Part shown: positions 44,690-54,757 of the stretch, piece after piece | Position numbering within the stretch: the stretch's first letter is position 1 | Layout: each line of letters starts with the position of its first letter | From: an uncultured bacterium | Lineage (GTDB): Bacteria; Acidobacteriota; Thermoanaerobaculia; Multivoradales; JAHZIX01 | Reading direction: 5' to 3' | DNA: 64,000 nucleotides | Assembly (NCBI GenBank): GCA_965368975.1 | Contig: CBDUPA010000028.1 | Coordinates: 1 to 64,000 of the forward strand | Notes under the pieces: generated by a model | What the model saw: the letters and a program-made list of their open reading frames with translations, nothing else | The model's database searches: none | Told to the model about the DNA's origin: nothing | Program-made: the position numbers and the translations under genes

Positions 44690-47302
44690 TCAGATGACTA
44701 GCTTTCGAAGCTCTGCCGTAATACTCCTTACTACGAACTCCTCAAGCTCTAGCCTCGCAATAAGATCGCTCTCGTCTGTCGCCAGGAAATCCTCTATCGT
44801 AGTAAATTCCCCTAGTATTCGCAGTATGTCAGCATCCTCAAGTCTTGTACGTGAGAAGTTCTCCAGAGTCTTCCTCGATAAGAATCGCTTCTCTCTACTC
44901 GCAACTAATTTCGCTAGGTCGGAGTGTGCTAGTTTCCCATCCCGCTCAAGCGCTTGCCTGATGTCATCTGCGATATCAATTGACGGGGCTGACGATTCGC
45001 GGTACTCAATGTATAGACGGTCACGCAAATCAGCGGGAACTCTCTCAACTACCTCTGCGCGGCGAAGGACAAAGATGGGTCTACCATTATCAGGCATCAT
45101 TGCAGCCCCTAATTCAAACATTACATTCGGATTCAAGTCCGAGATCTCAGCCACAAAGCCCATGCATGAATCAAAATGGGCACGGATGTTGCCAAGCAGG
45201 GACGGATTCAGGGTGCGATCTCGTGCGAGTAAAATCTCGAAGAAGTACGGTGCAGTTTCGAAAATTTCTCTTACCGCTGTCTCAACGTTCGAGTAAGCCT
45301 CATCAAAGGGAGTGATCATGAAGAGGCGCACATGATCCGCCTTCACCGTACTGCCGGCTCTCGGCCCGGAATACGACGTCACCCTACTTAGCCTAGAGAG
45401 CTTGACTTCCTTCTCGAACGACCTGAGTTTGTCGTCTTTGTCCACTAAACTCTGTAACAAATCTATCAGCTGCGAGTGAAGGGCATCTGCATTCGCCTTC
45501 GTGAGGTAGTTCTGTGCATATAAAACCGCGCTATGATAGATTCCTATTAAAATGTCATGGGGGACATCATTTTGATCCAGCTCCGAGATCTGCTTAAGCA
45601 AAGGGGACTGCGCATTCAGGTTCAAGAATATGGCACTTTGCTTGGCGCTCTTGAGCGCTTCGCGGGTTATCTCTTCCAATCCTTTTGCTAGCCACGGGTG
45701 CTCAGAGAAGTAACGTAGCGCTCCGCTGTCCGCTGATGACTTCGGAAACAACAGTACAGCAGGCAACTCCGGAGGATCGAACTTCCGGACTTGAACTCTA
45801 ATCTCTTGCCCTCCTCCAAAACCACGCCGCAGAACCGCATCCAAGATTCTCGCCACCCCTTCGACCGGATCATTGTCTGGCACTCGATGAAACAGAGCAG
45901 GGTCGTCAGACTCATCGATTGCCTGTAGAAAGACAGCATGTTCATTCTGCTCAGAATAGCGCTTAAGGAGTTCCTCCTCAAACACGCGCCCGGCATTAAT
46001 TACTACCCAATCGCGAGCTTCAGCCAAACGGTAGCATTGTGCCGCGCTGTCTCCGTGACGGAAATAATAGATCGGGACTCTCATTTCCTTGTCAGCCCTG
46101 GGGCTGTTCTTCGCGATATAATCTTGTAGCGCAAGCGGACCTCTATTTGTCTCGAACAGTAAGACATGCGCGATTTGATCAAAGAACTCGCGATGATAGT
46201 AGGCCATTCCCTTGAGGTGATAGTGATGCCAAGCATTGATCCTTTTGAAAGTTAAGGGATCTGAGCTAGAGATCTCCATCAGACGCGCTACAATAACTTC
46301 ACCTAGCTTACTCCGGAGCATCTCGAATGCACTATCTCGGCGAACATCATCTCGGGCAGCGTTCGGTTCGAGGTCAGCTGTATTGAGTACGCCCCGGACG
46401 AACTTGGCCCAACGAGGAAGGAGTGTAGGATCGGCTTCCCTGATAAACATTCGCCGAATGAAGAGATCAACCACGCCCGTAGTATTCACGTCTGGCACAT
46501 GCCGATCAGAGATCCAAAGGACTCCTTGTACCTGGCAGGGTTCGCTAAGGTTGATTGGAATCACATCGAGTGGAACCTCACCTTCGTCACCACAACGGTG
46601 ACGAATAAAATCTCGGTATGCGCTCTCTTTTTCTTCGTCGCAGGAGTAGGCTGTTCGGTCCCAAGGTGCATGAATTCGGTTGACTGGTCCCGCAGAATTT
46701 AAGGCTATAGGAAAAGGAACAAGATCGCAAAACTTGATAATGGAAGATCGAAGTCTTCGCTCAGCGAGCAGGTACGAATGCTCGCTCCGAATTGTGAGTT
46801 CAACTTCTGTCCCGATAACCCTACGAGGTATCGAAGAAAACTCGCACTCCGTGGATCCTCTGTTGGACCACTCAAAAGCGTCTTGGGTTCCGTGCCGTTG
46901 CGTTCTCACAATGACCCTCTCGGCTACTACAAAGGCCGAAAGAAGCCCAATACCAAACTGTCCGATTAGTCTGTTTGCAACTGCGAGTTCATGTTCGGTA
47001 TCTTGGCTACTGGCTCTGGCTGTTCCAGTCCCAGTAGAGCCAATTACTGAGAGGAAGTTTCGAATGTCAACCTCGCTCATCCCAAGTCCATTGTCTTGAA
47101 TGGAAAGCTGTCCCTCGTCCGGCGAGATTGAGATTTCAATCTTGCCTGCGAGGTCCGGTTCGACTGCTAGACGGCGAACGATTCCATCATGAGCATTCTG
47201 TACGAGTTCGCGCACAAAGACGTCGGGATGTGTGTAGAGACTTCGTGCAAGTAGCTCGATGAGACCCTCAAAGTTCGAGGTCATTTGAATCACTTCTGAC
47301 AT
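44690..47302 (-). CDS. HSP90/HtpG-like GHKL ATPase fused to a C-terminal nucleoside-deoxyribosyltransferase/TIR-like domain
   Basis: 'FVRELVQNAHD', 'IQDNGLGM', 'IGQFGIGLLSAF', 'GTEV'; C-terminal 'LFMITPF...FVAEISDLNPNVMFELGAA...PADL'. AAGGAGG RBS before MSEVIQ. Confidence 0.88.
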   Translation of the reverse strand: MSEVIQMTSNFEGLIELLARSLYTHPDVFVRELVQNAHDGIVRRLAVEPDLAGKIEISISPDEGQLSIQDNGLGMSEVDIRNFLSVIGSTGTGTARASSQDTEHELAVANRLIGQFGIGLLSAFVVAERVIVRTQRHGTQDAFEWSNRGSTECEFSSIPRRVIGTEVELTIRSEHSYLLAERRLRSSIIKFCDLVPFPIALNSAGPVNRIHAPWDRTAYSCDEEKESAYRDFIRHRCGDEGEVPLDVIPINLSEPCQVQGVLWISDRHVPDVNTTGVVDLFIRRMFIREADPTLLPRWAKFVRGVLNTADLEPNAARDDVRRDSAFEMLRSKLGEVIVARLMEISSSDPLTFKRINAWHHYHLKGMAYYHREFFDQIAHVLLFETNRGPLALQDYIAKNSPRADKEMRVPIYYFRHGDSAAQCYRLAEARDWVVINAGRVFEEELLKRYSEQNEHAVFLQAIDESDDPALFHRVPDNDPVEGVARILDAVLRRGFGGGQEIRVQVRKFDPPELPAVLLFPKSSADSGALRYFSEHPWLAKGLEEITREALKSAKQSAIFLNLNAQSPLLKQISELDQNDVPHDILIGIYHSAVLYAQNYLTKANADALHSQLIDLLQSLVDKDDKLRSFEKEVKLSRLSRVTSYSGPRAGSTVKADHVRLFMITPFDEAYSNVETAVREIFETAPYFFEILLARDRTLNPSLLGNIRAHFDSCMGFVAEISDLNPNVMFELGAAMMPDNGRPIFVLRRAEVVERVPADLRDRLYIEYRESSAPSIDIADDIRQALERDGKLAHSDLAKLVASREKRFLSRKTLENFSRTRLEDADILRILGEFTTIEDFLATDESDLIARLELEEFVVRSITAELRKLVI

Positions 47303-48557
47303 AAGTCCGATCCTCCTTCGTGGACGAAATCTCCTCAGACTAGACCCAAGGGCTAGGTAAGTCCGTGCGATCTCCCTTGGAGGAGGGAAACCTCGAACTC
47401 GCCCTCTCACAATAGGTACTCTTGATCCTGTCGCTCCGCCAACAGAGCAGCTTCCCATCCGGGCCGCGCCTTGCTCACCAGCAAACACAGTACAGGCGCT
47501 GAGGACTCTATCTGCTTGTATCCCGCTCTCAGCAGCTTTGGAGCCCTATGAAGGCTGTTAGAAGTAAATCTTCTAATAGCACATGTAGCGCTGTCAATTC
47601 GCTGTGAATATAGCTCATCAGATCGTTTGCGGCTTACTGCATGTGTATATGTAGATCTTATCTTGCAGCATCTTCGATCTTCCATCTCTAGCTAGGTGGC
47701 AATGATATTGCTTTAGGCATGGCCAATCCCGATCAGGCACCTTCCAGTGCGGTGTTCCGGGCCGACGGGAGATGTCCCCGAGATCGGGCGATAAATCGCC
47801 GACCCTCGTCACGATATCGCCGGTCGCTACGAGTTCGTATCGGCATCCCAGTTCGCGGATTCCGGGACTGGGTAACGAGCCTAGCGAGGGTGTGCGGTCC
47901 GCGGCCGACGGTACCCGCCGGGGTGCTGAGGGCTGGCACCCTCGACGCTACAGGGGTGCACGGGGGTGGCACCCCAGCGGCACCCTTGTTGTACCTCCGG
48001 CTTAATTGTCAAACCGAAACGGAAAATGACGAGGCACCTTGGCAAACGAGGCTGCAGCCAAGAGCCTGAGTTGACGGCGCATATCTTGTCGAAGTCGGAA
48101 CCAGAGCGAGCGATCCCGAACTCGGGTAAGCAACTGTAACACTGAGGTTTAGACTGATCCAGAGTCTGCGGTCGCTCCAGTCAGTTCGGGACCGAACTTC
48201 GGGATGGCCGGCAGGATGTCCAGAAGTGCCGATAGCGCGGCGCCTCGGTTGCAATTCAGCCATGTAGAGCTTTGGAAGTAGCCGTCTCGTGGTACGAATG
48301 CATGCAAGACTTCATGTAATGAGGTAGGAAGGGCAGGTACCCCGGATGGAGGCGGGTACGGCGAGGGTGGAGCGGGTGGGTACGAGGGGTGGTACCCCGT
48401 GCCCGACCGGCGTCGCGGAGTACCGGCTAGGGTACCCCGTCGGAGCCGGGTTGCATCGCCGGTCAGCAAGGCTGGGCGGTGCCTGGAAAGCAGAGAAACG
48501 GCAGGGGTGCAGGTGGCTACCCGGCTACCTCTGAGGCGATGGAGAGAGGCTGCCAGA

Positions 48558-49466
48558 TCAGGCAGCCAAGGAGGGGATGTCGAGGCTTTTCACAGCCTGG
48601 CGCTTGGCTGCCTCGCCTCTGCGGTCGTACCGAAGAGTCGTGTTGGCGTTGGCGTGGCCAGCGAGTTGCTGGACGGTGAAGACATCGACGCCAGCACTCA
48701 GCAAGTGCGTAACGGTTGAACGTCTAAGATCGTGGGCCGAGAAGTGGTCTACACCGGCTTGCTCCTGACGGCGGCGCAGGATGTAGGCGATGCAGCTGCC
48801 GCGCAGGCGGGTGTGGCGGACTTCTCCGGTCTGGCGGATCGGGCAGAACAGCGGGCCCGGCTCGTCACCCCGCACGTTGAGCCAGGCGGCCAGGTACTGG
48901 CAGCCAGCAGCGGTCAGGTAGACCGTGCGCTCTTTGTTGCCCTTGCCGTGCACGAGGATGGTTCCATCCTCCAGGTCGACATTGGCGACATCGAGCCTGG
49001 CGACCTCTCCTCTGCGCAGGCCGCAGCCGTAGAGGACGGTGAGCAGGGCGGCATCGCGGGCGCACTTGGGGCTGGCGTCGCTGGTGCAGGAGCTGAACAA
49101 CTGCACGATCTCCGGCATCTCCAGAGCGCGGCCGGCGGGCAGCTTGGAGACGCGGACGTTTGGCACCGCGGCGGCGCGTTGGTACGTGTCGGCGTCGATC
49201 AGGCCCAGCGCCCAGCTCTGCTTGAGCACGCCGCGCAGCGTCGACAGGATCTTGTTGACGGTCGCGGGTTGGTAGCGGGCGACCAGGGCTTGCCGGACGG
49301 CCATGCCGTCAGCGTAGGTCAGGCGCCACCAGGGGTAGGTGTCAATGGTGCGGCTCGGGTCGAGGATATCGACGATCTTGTCGAGGCAGCGGCGCATGCC
49401 TTGGCTGCCTTTGGACAGGCTGGCCATGTAGAGCCGGGCCGGGTTGGCGGTGATGGTCGTTCTCAT
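48558..49466 (-). CDS. XerC/D-like tyrosine recombinase
   Basis: 'RDAALL..LYGCGLRRGE', 'GKGNKER', 'HDLRRS', 'LAGHAN..TT.RY'. Confidence 0.93.
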   Translation of the reverse strand: MRTTITANPARLYMASLSKGSQGMRRCLDKIVDILDPSRTIDTYPWWRLTYADGMAVRQALVARYQPATVNKILSTLRGVLKQSWALGLIDADTYQRAAAVPNVRVSKLPAGRALEMPEIVQLFSSCTSDASPKCARDAALLTVLYGCGLRRGEVARLDVANVDLEDGTILVHGKGNKERTVYLTAAGCQYLAAWLNVRGDEPGPLFCPIRQTGEVRHTRLRGSCIAYILRRRQEQAGVDHFSAHDLRRSTVTHLLSAGVDVFTVQQLAGHANANTTLRYDRRGEAAKRQAVKSLDIPSLAA

Positions 49467-49882
49467 GAAGTGCCCTTTCTCCGGGTGAATGACTTGAAGG
49501 GTGAAACTGGAAAGGAGTCGGCTACGCTTCGTAAGTGTCCTCTTTCTCGTCTCTTGAGTCTCCGTGGACTCCATGGATACGGGATTTCGCGACGACTCGT
49601 CAACGGGGCTGCGTCGGATTTGTTCGGGGAATCGTTCGCGGGTACGACGGTGAGCGGGCAGGCACAGATGGAGGCCTTTGTGACCAAGGCTGTGGAGAGT
49701 GCCTGGAGGGCATGGATGCAGGGATCCAGGTGGTCAGTACCTGGCGGAGTGGTTCCAGGCTGGAGGCAGGCTCTCCACGATGGAGAGCAGTCGTGGAGGG
49801 CTGACAGTGGCCTCGAAGGAAACCGCCCCAATTGGAGCGGCAAAGTGGAGGTGGGGTTCTGAGTCAGCGGGAGATGCGTCCG

Positions 49883-50299
49883 TCACTTCTTGGCGCTGCG
49901 CGCCTTGGGTCGCGCTGCCGGCTTGCTCGGCTTCGCGGTCACCTCCGTAGCCTCAGGCAGTCGGAAGCCGACGACACCGTTTCCGAAATCCTCGGCGCCG
50001 AAGCGCTGGGCTTTCTCGGCGTTCAGGCCGTGGTGAGCAAACAGCCGCTTGCCGTCGACCAGGCGCGAGACGCTGTTGCTCTGCGTGCGCAGACGGTAGG
50101 CACCTCGGACACCCTCAGACGCGGCTTTGAGGCCGATGGCGCGGCTGGAAGGATTAAAGCCGAGTTGGACGTGGGTCGTACCCTTGCCCAGCATCTCGAC
50201 GGTTGCAGCCGTCAGGACCAGAACGCCGCCCCGGCGTACAGTGATTTCGGCGGCGGTGGCACTGTGGGTGGCGTGGCCTTCGTAGAATTCGAAACTCAT
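49883..50299 (-). CDS. Hypothetical beta-rich protein with basic tail (possible DNA-binding protein)
   Basis: AAGGAG RBS before MSFEFY; Lys/Ala/Pro-rich C-terminus. Confidence 0.6.
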   Translation of the reverse strand: MSFEFYEGHATHSATAAEITVRRGGVLVLTAATVEMLGKGTTHVQLGFNPSSRAIGLKAASEGVRGAYRLRTQSNSVSRLVDGKRLFAHHGLNAEKAQRFGAEDFGNGVVGFRLPEATEVTAKPSKPAARPKARSAKK

Positions 50300-50438
50300 C
50301 GTGAGGTCTCCTTGGGTTCGTTGACGGTTCAGTCTCTTGCTGCGTGGTGGTGGGTTGTATTCGCGAACACGGCGAATGGTCCACGGGGCCAGCTCGGTTT
50401 TCTCGTGGAGAGGCGGGATTCTCAGCAGTATCACCGGG

Positions 50439-51593
50439 TCATCCCGCAAGGATTTCGTCCAACCTGTCTGCCCACCGCGTCAAGGCTTCGAGCTTCTCGG
50501 GACCGTATGTATGACGGTCATACAACTGCGTGACGCCACTCTCGACGTGGTTCAGTAGCTTCGAGACCACCAGGCGCGAGATGCCCATCGAGGTCATGAA
50601 GGTCGCCACCGTGCGGCGCAGATCGTGAGGTACGAAGTCCACCTCCGCCCGCTTCGCGATCCGCTCGGCCGCTTTCTGTGCGGCAACGAAGTGACGCCCC
50701 GGCTTACGCGGACTCGCGAACACCCATTCCGAGATCCCGGTCAGCGGACGTAGCTCGCCGAGCAGCGCCAGCGCCTGCGGTGCGAGCGGTACACGGTGCG
50801 TCAGACCGTTCTTGGCGACATCAGCGGGGATCGTCCACCAAGCTCCGTCGATGTGCCGCCAGCGCATCTTCAGAACCTCAATGCCACGCTGTGCGGTCAG
50901 AAGTCGCATCCGAAACGTCGCCGCCATCACCGGGTACTCGTCGTCAAGCGCACGCCACAGGCGGCGGATCTCCTCTTCGGTCAACACCCGCTCGCGCGGT
51001 CGCTCGCGCGCCGGCATCGGCACGAGCAGACACGGATTGTGCTCGACGAGGCCGCGTCCGATCCCGAAGTTGTAGATCTTCGAGACCAACGCCTTGACCC
51101 GGTTCGCCATGATCGGCGCGCCGCGCGCAACGATCGCGTCGAGCACCTCCCCCACTTCCCTTCTACCGAGACTCTTGGCCTTGCGGCTTCTCCACTGCGG
51201 CAGCAAGTCGACGCGCAGGATTCTGTCGTCTTCCTTCCAGCGCCGCTTCTTGATCTTGGCGTGACGCTCCAAGTAGATCTCGGCAAGTTCCCCAAAGGTC
51301 GCCGCCTCACGCTCGGCGACCTTCTCGACCTGCGGATCCTCGCCTTTGGCAATGGCTGCGAGCTTCTTGCGTGCTTCGTCGCGTGCCTCGGCCAGGCTCA
51401 TCACCGGATAGACGCCCAGGTTCAAGCGGCGCTTGCTGCCGCTGGCACCCTTGTACCGCACGATGAAGGTCTTGCGGCCACTCTTCGAGACCCGCACCCC
51501 GAAGCCCGGCAACTGCTCGTCCCAGTAGTCTGTCATCCAGCGCCCGGCAACGAAGGTGTCGATGGCGCGGTGGGTCAGGTGCGCTTTCGGCAT
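50439..51593 (-). CDS. int: P4-like tyrosine integrase with arm-binding domain
   Basis: 'LPGFGVRVSKSGRKTF', 'LLTAQR..E', 'KNGLTHRVPL', 'HDLRRT', 'LLNH', 'YDRH'. Confidence 0.95.
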   Translation of the reverse strand: MPKAHLTHRAIDTFVAGRWMTDYWDEQLPGFGVRVSKSGRKTFIVRYKGASGSKRRLNLGVYPVMSLAEARDEARKKLAAIAKGEDPQVEKVAEREAATFGELAEIYLERHAKIKKRRWKEDDRILRVDLLPQWRSRKAKSLGRREVGEVLDAIVARGAPIMANRVKALVSKIYNFGIGRGLVEHNPCLLVPMPARERPRERVLTEEEIRRLWRALDDEYPVMAATFRMRLLTAQRGIEVLKMRWRHIDGAWWTIPADVAKNGLTHRVPLAPQALALLGELRPLTGISEWVFASPRKPGRHFVAAQKAAERIAKRAEVDFVPHDLRRTVATFMTSMGISRLVVSKLLNHVESGVTQLYDRHTYGPEKLEALTRWADRLDEILAG

Positions 51594-51596
51594 CGC

Positions 51597-52586
51597 TCAC
51601 CTCACCGGCTGGACCTGGCACCATTGCCCGGCGTCCGCGATGGTGAGCGAGGCGTAGAGGTGCACGCCCAGCGCCGCGCCCGCTTCGCGCAGGCGATGCG
51701 TGAAGCGCTCATCCTGACGGCTCGGCCGCGGATTGCCCGAGGGGTGATTGTGTGCGACGACAATCGCGCGTGCATTGGCGAATAACGCGGGCGCGAGAAT
51801 CCCGCGCGGCTCGGCTTGAGTTGCCGTCATCGTCCCGATGTACGGGACGTCCCAACCGATCACGCGACGCGCACCGTCGAGGAAGAGCACAGCCACAGCT
51901 TCGCGGTCGTAGCTCTGCAGGACCTGCCACAGCAGGGCTGCGGCGTCGCCTTGGCCGCGGACCTGAGGGTAGGTCTGCAACGGTGCATTCGACTCGCGAA
52001 CCAACTCAACACGGAGACGCGGCAGGTCCGGCAGCGAAGGCAACTCGGCAGGGCAAGCTGGACGAATCAGCTGGCGCTGGGGGAGGTTTGTGCGGCACGG
52101 TCGTGGCTTCTTCCGATCGGCCGGCAGCGCGGCAATCAGCGGAGCCAGAGCGCTGTCGTCGAACTCGACTTGTTCAAGTGCCGCCGCAAGGTCGGCACCG
52201 GGCCGCAGGTCGACCCAGCCGAAGCGTGGCACCCGCTCGCCGACCTCGAAGCCGACTTCCTGAGCGAGATCGCGAAAGCGATGGTTGTGGTAGCCGCGAT
52301 GACAGCAGTCCTTGAGACCACGCAGCCCATTCACCCAGTGCACCATTGCGTGCAGCAGCGCGGCCATGACTTCGGACGTCGAACACGTCAGCGCGGGCGC
52401 GGGCACGCGGACCGGTCGCGTTGGTTCCTCGTCCTTATGCCGCGCATCGGGTGAGATGCCTTCCACCCGTACGCGTAGCGGAACGTGCGCCAGCTCAGGG
52501 CCGAAGCGGTCGAGGAGCTGAGCGCAGCAACACTCAAGCTCCTGTTCCGCTCGTTCGACGTCGGTGCCGGTGTCCATGACCGGCAT
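51597..52586 (-). CDS. radC: SprT-like (HAxxH) domain fused to a RadC/JAB domain
   Basis: 'ALLHAMVH...GYHNHRF...A.EVG'; 'DREAVAVLFLD', 'AHNHPSGNPRPSRQD'. Confidence 0.88.
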   Translation of the reverse strand: MPVMDTGTDVERAEQELECCCAQLLDRFGPELAHVPLRVRVEGISPDARHKDEEPTRPVRVPAPALTCSTSEVMAALLHAMVHWVNGLRGLKDCCHRGYHNHRFRDLAQEVGFEVGERVPRFGWVDLRPGADLAAALEQVEFDDSALAPLIAALPADRKKPRPCRTNLPQRQLIRPACPAELPSLPDLPRLRVELVRESNAPLQTYPQVRGQGDAAALLWQVLQSYDREAVAVLFLDGARRVIGWDVPYIGTMTATQAEPRGILAPALFANARAIVVAHNHPSGNPRPSRQDERFTHRLREAGAALGVHLYASLTIADAGQWCQVQPVR

Positions 52587-52589
52587 CGC

Positions 52590-53000
52590 TCAGTTCTCCA
52601 GTTCCGGGGCTACCCCCAAGATCTCTTCGAGCTGGGCGGCTTTCGCTCCCAAGTGCTCGGACAGCTCGACGGCCAGCAGGTGCAGCTGCACCTGCTCGGG
52701 ATCGTCGACGCTGCCAGAATCCGCACCGAGGTGGTGGATGTAGCCTTGCAGCTGCCGCAGGTCTCGGAGCGCGGCGCGCAAGTCGGACTTGACCGGGACT
52801 TCGCCGCGCTCCTTGTAGGTTTCCTCATGCAGCAGGGCGTTGTCATAGAGCGTCACGCCAACACTGCGGAAGGCGTCGCGGATGTGCGCTTCAGGATAGA
52901 GATGCAGGTACGTCTCGCGGAAGACGGCGTGCGCCTCCCAGTGGCTCGGTTGCAGACGGTTCGGCGCTGGCGCCTTGGTAAGCTGCGGCTGGTCACTCAT
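52590..53000 (-). CDS. Conserved hypothetical protein of the integrative element
   Basis: Paralog of 33616-34026. Confidence 0.85.
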   Translation of the reverse strand: MSDQPQLTKAPAPNRLQPSHWEAHAVFRETYLHLYPEAHIRDAFRSVGVTLYDNALLHEETYKERGEVPVKSDLRAALRDLRQLQGYIHHLGADSGSVDDPEQVQLHLLAVELSEHLGAKAAQLEEILGVAPELEN

Positions 53001-53298
53001 GGGAAGAACCTCCTTTGAGTGGCTAGGCCCGGTTCGGTGTCTCACCACCGGATCGGGCCGCTTGGTTGATCGGATGGCCGAATCTCAACCCCCAAGGGCA
53101 GGGACCGGCCACTCTGACCCACCACTACCTCGGGCCACGGCGAAAGGTCAACCAAGACAGTGCAAGCAGAGCAGGGCACGGCAGCCAGTTACACTAAATC
53201 TCATGCCAGCAGGCCCCGATGGAGGCCCGCACCACGGCTTGCCACTCAAGTGCTGAGCAGCTACAATAGTCTAAGTGTTGGGAACAAAGAGGTTGGAC

Positions 53299-53347
53299 TG
53301 GAGCCGACGACCGGGTTTGAACCGGTGACCTGCTGATTACGAAACAG
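53299..53347 (-). repeat. att site: 3' half of tRNA-Thr(CGT)
   Basis: Minus strand reads CTGTTTCGTAATCAGCAGGTCACCGGTTCAAACCCGGTCGTCGGCTCCA (anticodon CGT, T-arm GGTTCAAA, CCA end). No D-arm or 5' acceptor strand. Confidence 0.88.
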
Positions 53348-53602
53348 TTAAGCTAGCTGCTTCATTAGGTTTGAGCAGATCTCACAGAGGCACAGGACCC
53401 ACCATAAAGCACTGAATTCCTTAAATCTAAGGCACTGCGAGAGGTTTCAAGGAGTTGCTTTGAATTAACGTCTCGCAGGACCCAGATATGGACCCAACTG
53501 CCCCCGCCCAGGTCCCGCCTGGAACGGTCCGTATATCCTTCCGATTCAGCCTTTCATCAGCGACCAGGAAGACTCCAATCTCAAGTCATAAACACAAATC
53601 CG

Positions 53603-54757
53603 TCAGGATCGCCCTGCGACGAGGCTCGCAATCATTGAGTAGTAGGCTTTCTCAGATCTATCCGCCCACGGGGCAAGCCGTTTCCTGAATGCTTCGTAGG
53701 AACGATGAACTTCGGCGGCTGCCAAGTCCCTGGAAATCGCATCCTCAATGACCTCTTGCGACCTATCGAACAGTGTCTCTAGAACGTCACTGGGAAATGG
53801 AACCGCCTGAATCCCATGCTCTTGAATCTTCTCCAGGTAGTCAAAATTATACGACTCAAATCTAGATAAGACACTTATGTGAATTTGCCTTGACGCAGCC
53901 TCGATTATACTCTGCATATCTTTCGGCAAAGACTCGAATACGGCCTTGTTAATAGAGAGCTCCAGGGTCAGTCCACACTCATGCCAGCCAGGATAATGGT
54001 AGAAGTTCGCGCCTGCTTGATGCAGTCCCAGGCTAAAATCGTCAAATGGCCCGATCCATTCAGCTGCGTCCAGTTGCTCACCACCCTCATTTCCTGCAAG
54101 TCTTCCTCGTATCTCTCCACCAGGGACGTTAACGACGTCCGCGAGTAGACGCTTTAGCACTTCTCCGCCTAAGCCCGGCATTCTGATTCTAAGTCCACGA
54201 AAATCCTCGGCAGATTCAATTCGATTCCGAAACCATCCGCCCATCTGGACCCCGGTGTTTCCCATCGGAAACGGAACTGCTCCGACCTGCTCATAAAGCT
54301 CCCTCCATAAGCGGAGTCCATCATCTTCAAATAACCAAGAATTCACCTGTTGGGCATTCATACCGAATGGTACTGCAGCAAAGAACGGCGCAGCAGCAGC
54401 TATACTGTCTTCGTTCCAGTAGTAAGCTGCACCATAACTTATATCAATGACTCCCCTCCTCATAGCTGTGAACGCTGTGAGGGGCTTTTCTGAATAATCT
54501 TCGGGATGCAGTACATCGATCATCAGCCTTCTGCCAGACATTTCAAAGACGAGTTCTGCAAAATCCTCAGCAGCCTGCCTCAAAATGTTGATACCGCTCG
54601 ACCACGTCGTCCTCATTACCAGAGTCTTCACATTCTCTGGAGGCTTAGGGGCAGGCGGCACGACATCATCGTCATCTCCACACCCAGAAAGCAGTACGGC
54701 CCCCGCAGCAAGGCCAAGTCCGTTAATAAACTGCCTACGATCCTTGCGTGTATCCAT
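53603..54757 (-). CDS. dctP: TRAP transporter substrate-binding protein (DctP/TakP-like), Tat lipoprotein signal
   Basis: 'RRQF..GLG.AAGA.LLSGC', 'GAAYYW', 'GNTGVQMGGWF', 'RMPGLGGEV', 'AAEWIGP', 'YPGWHE'. Confidence 0.92.
   Translation of the reverse strand: MDTRKDRRQFINGLGLAAGAVLLSGCGDDDDVVPPAPKPPENVKTLVMRTTWSSGINILRQAAEDFAELVFEMSGRRLMIDVLHPEDYSEKPLTAFTAMRRGVIDISYGAAYYWNEDSIAAAAPFFAAVPFGMNAQQVNSWLFEDDGLRLWRELYEQVGAVPFPMGNTGVQMGGWFRNRIESAEDFRGLRIRMPGLGGEVLKRLLADVVNVPGGEIRGRLAGNEGGEQLDAAEWIGPFDDFSLGLHQAGANFYHYPGWHECGLTLELSINKAVFESLPKDMQSIIEAASRQIHISVLSRFESYNFDYLEKIQEHGIQAVPFPSDVLETLFDRSQEVIEDAISRDLAAAEVHRSYEAFRKRLAPWADRSEKAYYSMIASLVAGRS

Larger units (their letters stand above)
41697..53347. 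mobile_element. Integrative element B (complete), tRNA-Thr associated
   Basis: Bounded by two att remnants; contains integrase, radC fusion, conserved ORF, XerC-like recombinase and lower-GC cargo. Confidence 0.72.

Noticed and set aside
44690-47302. Housekeeping htpG
   Set aside because: Divergent middle and C-terminal regions, an extra effector-like domain and island location.
53299-53380. Complete tRNA-Thr gene
   Set aside because: Only the anticodon arm to CCA is present; there is no D-arm or 5' acceptor strand, so it is called an att remnant.
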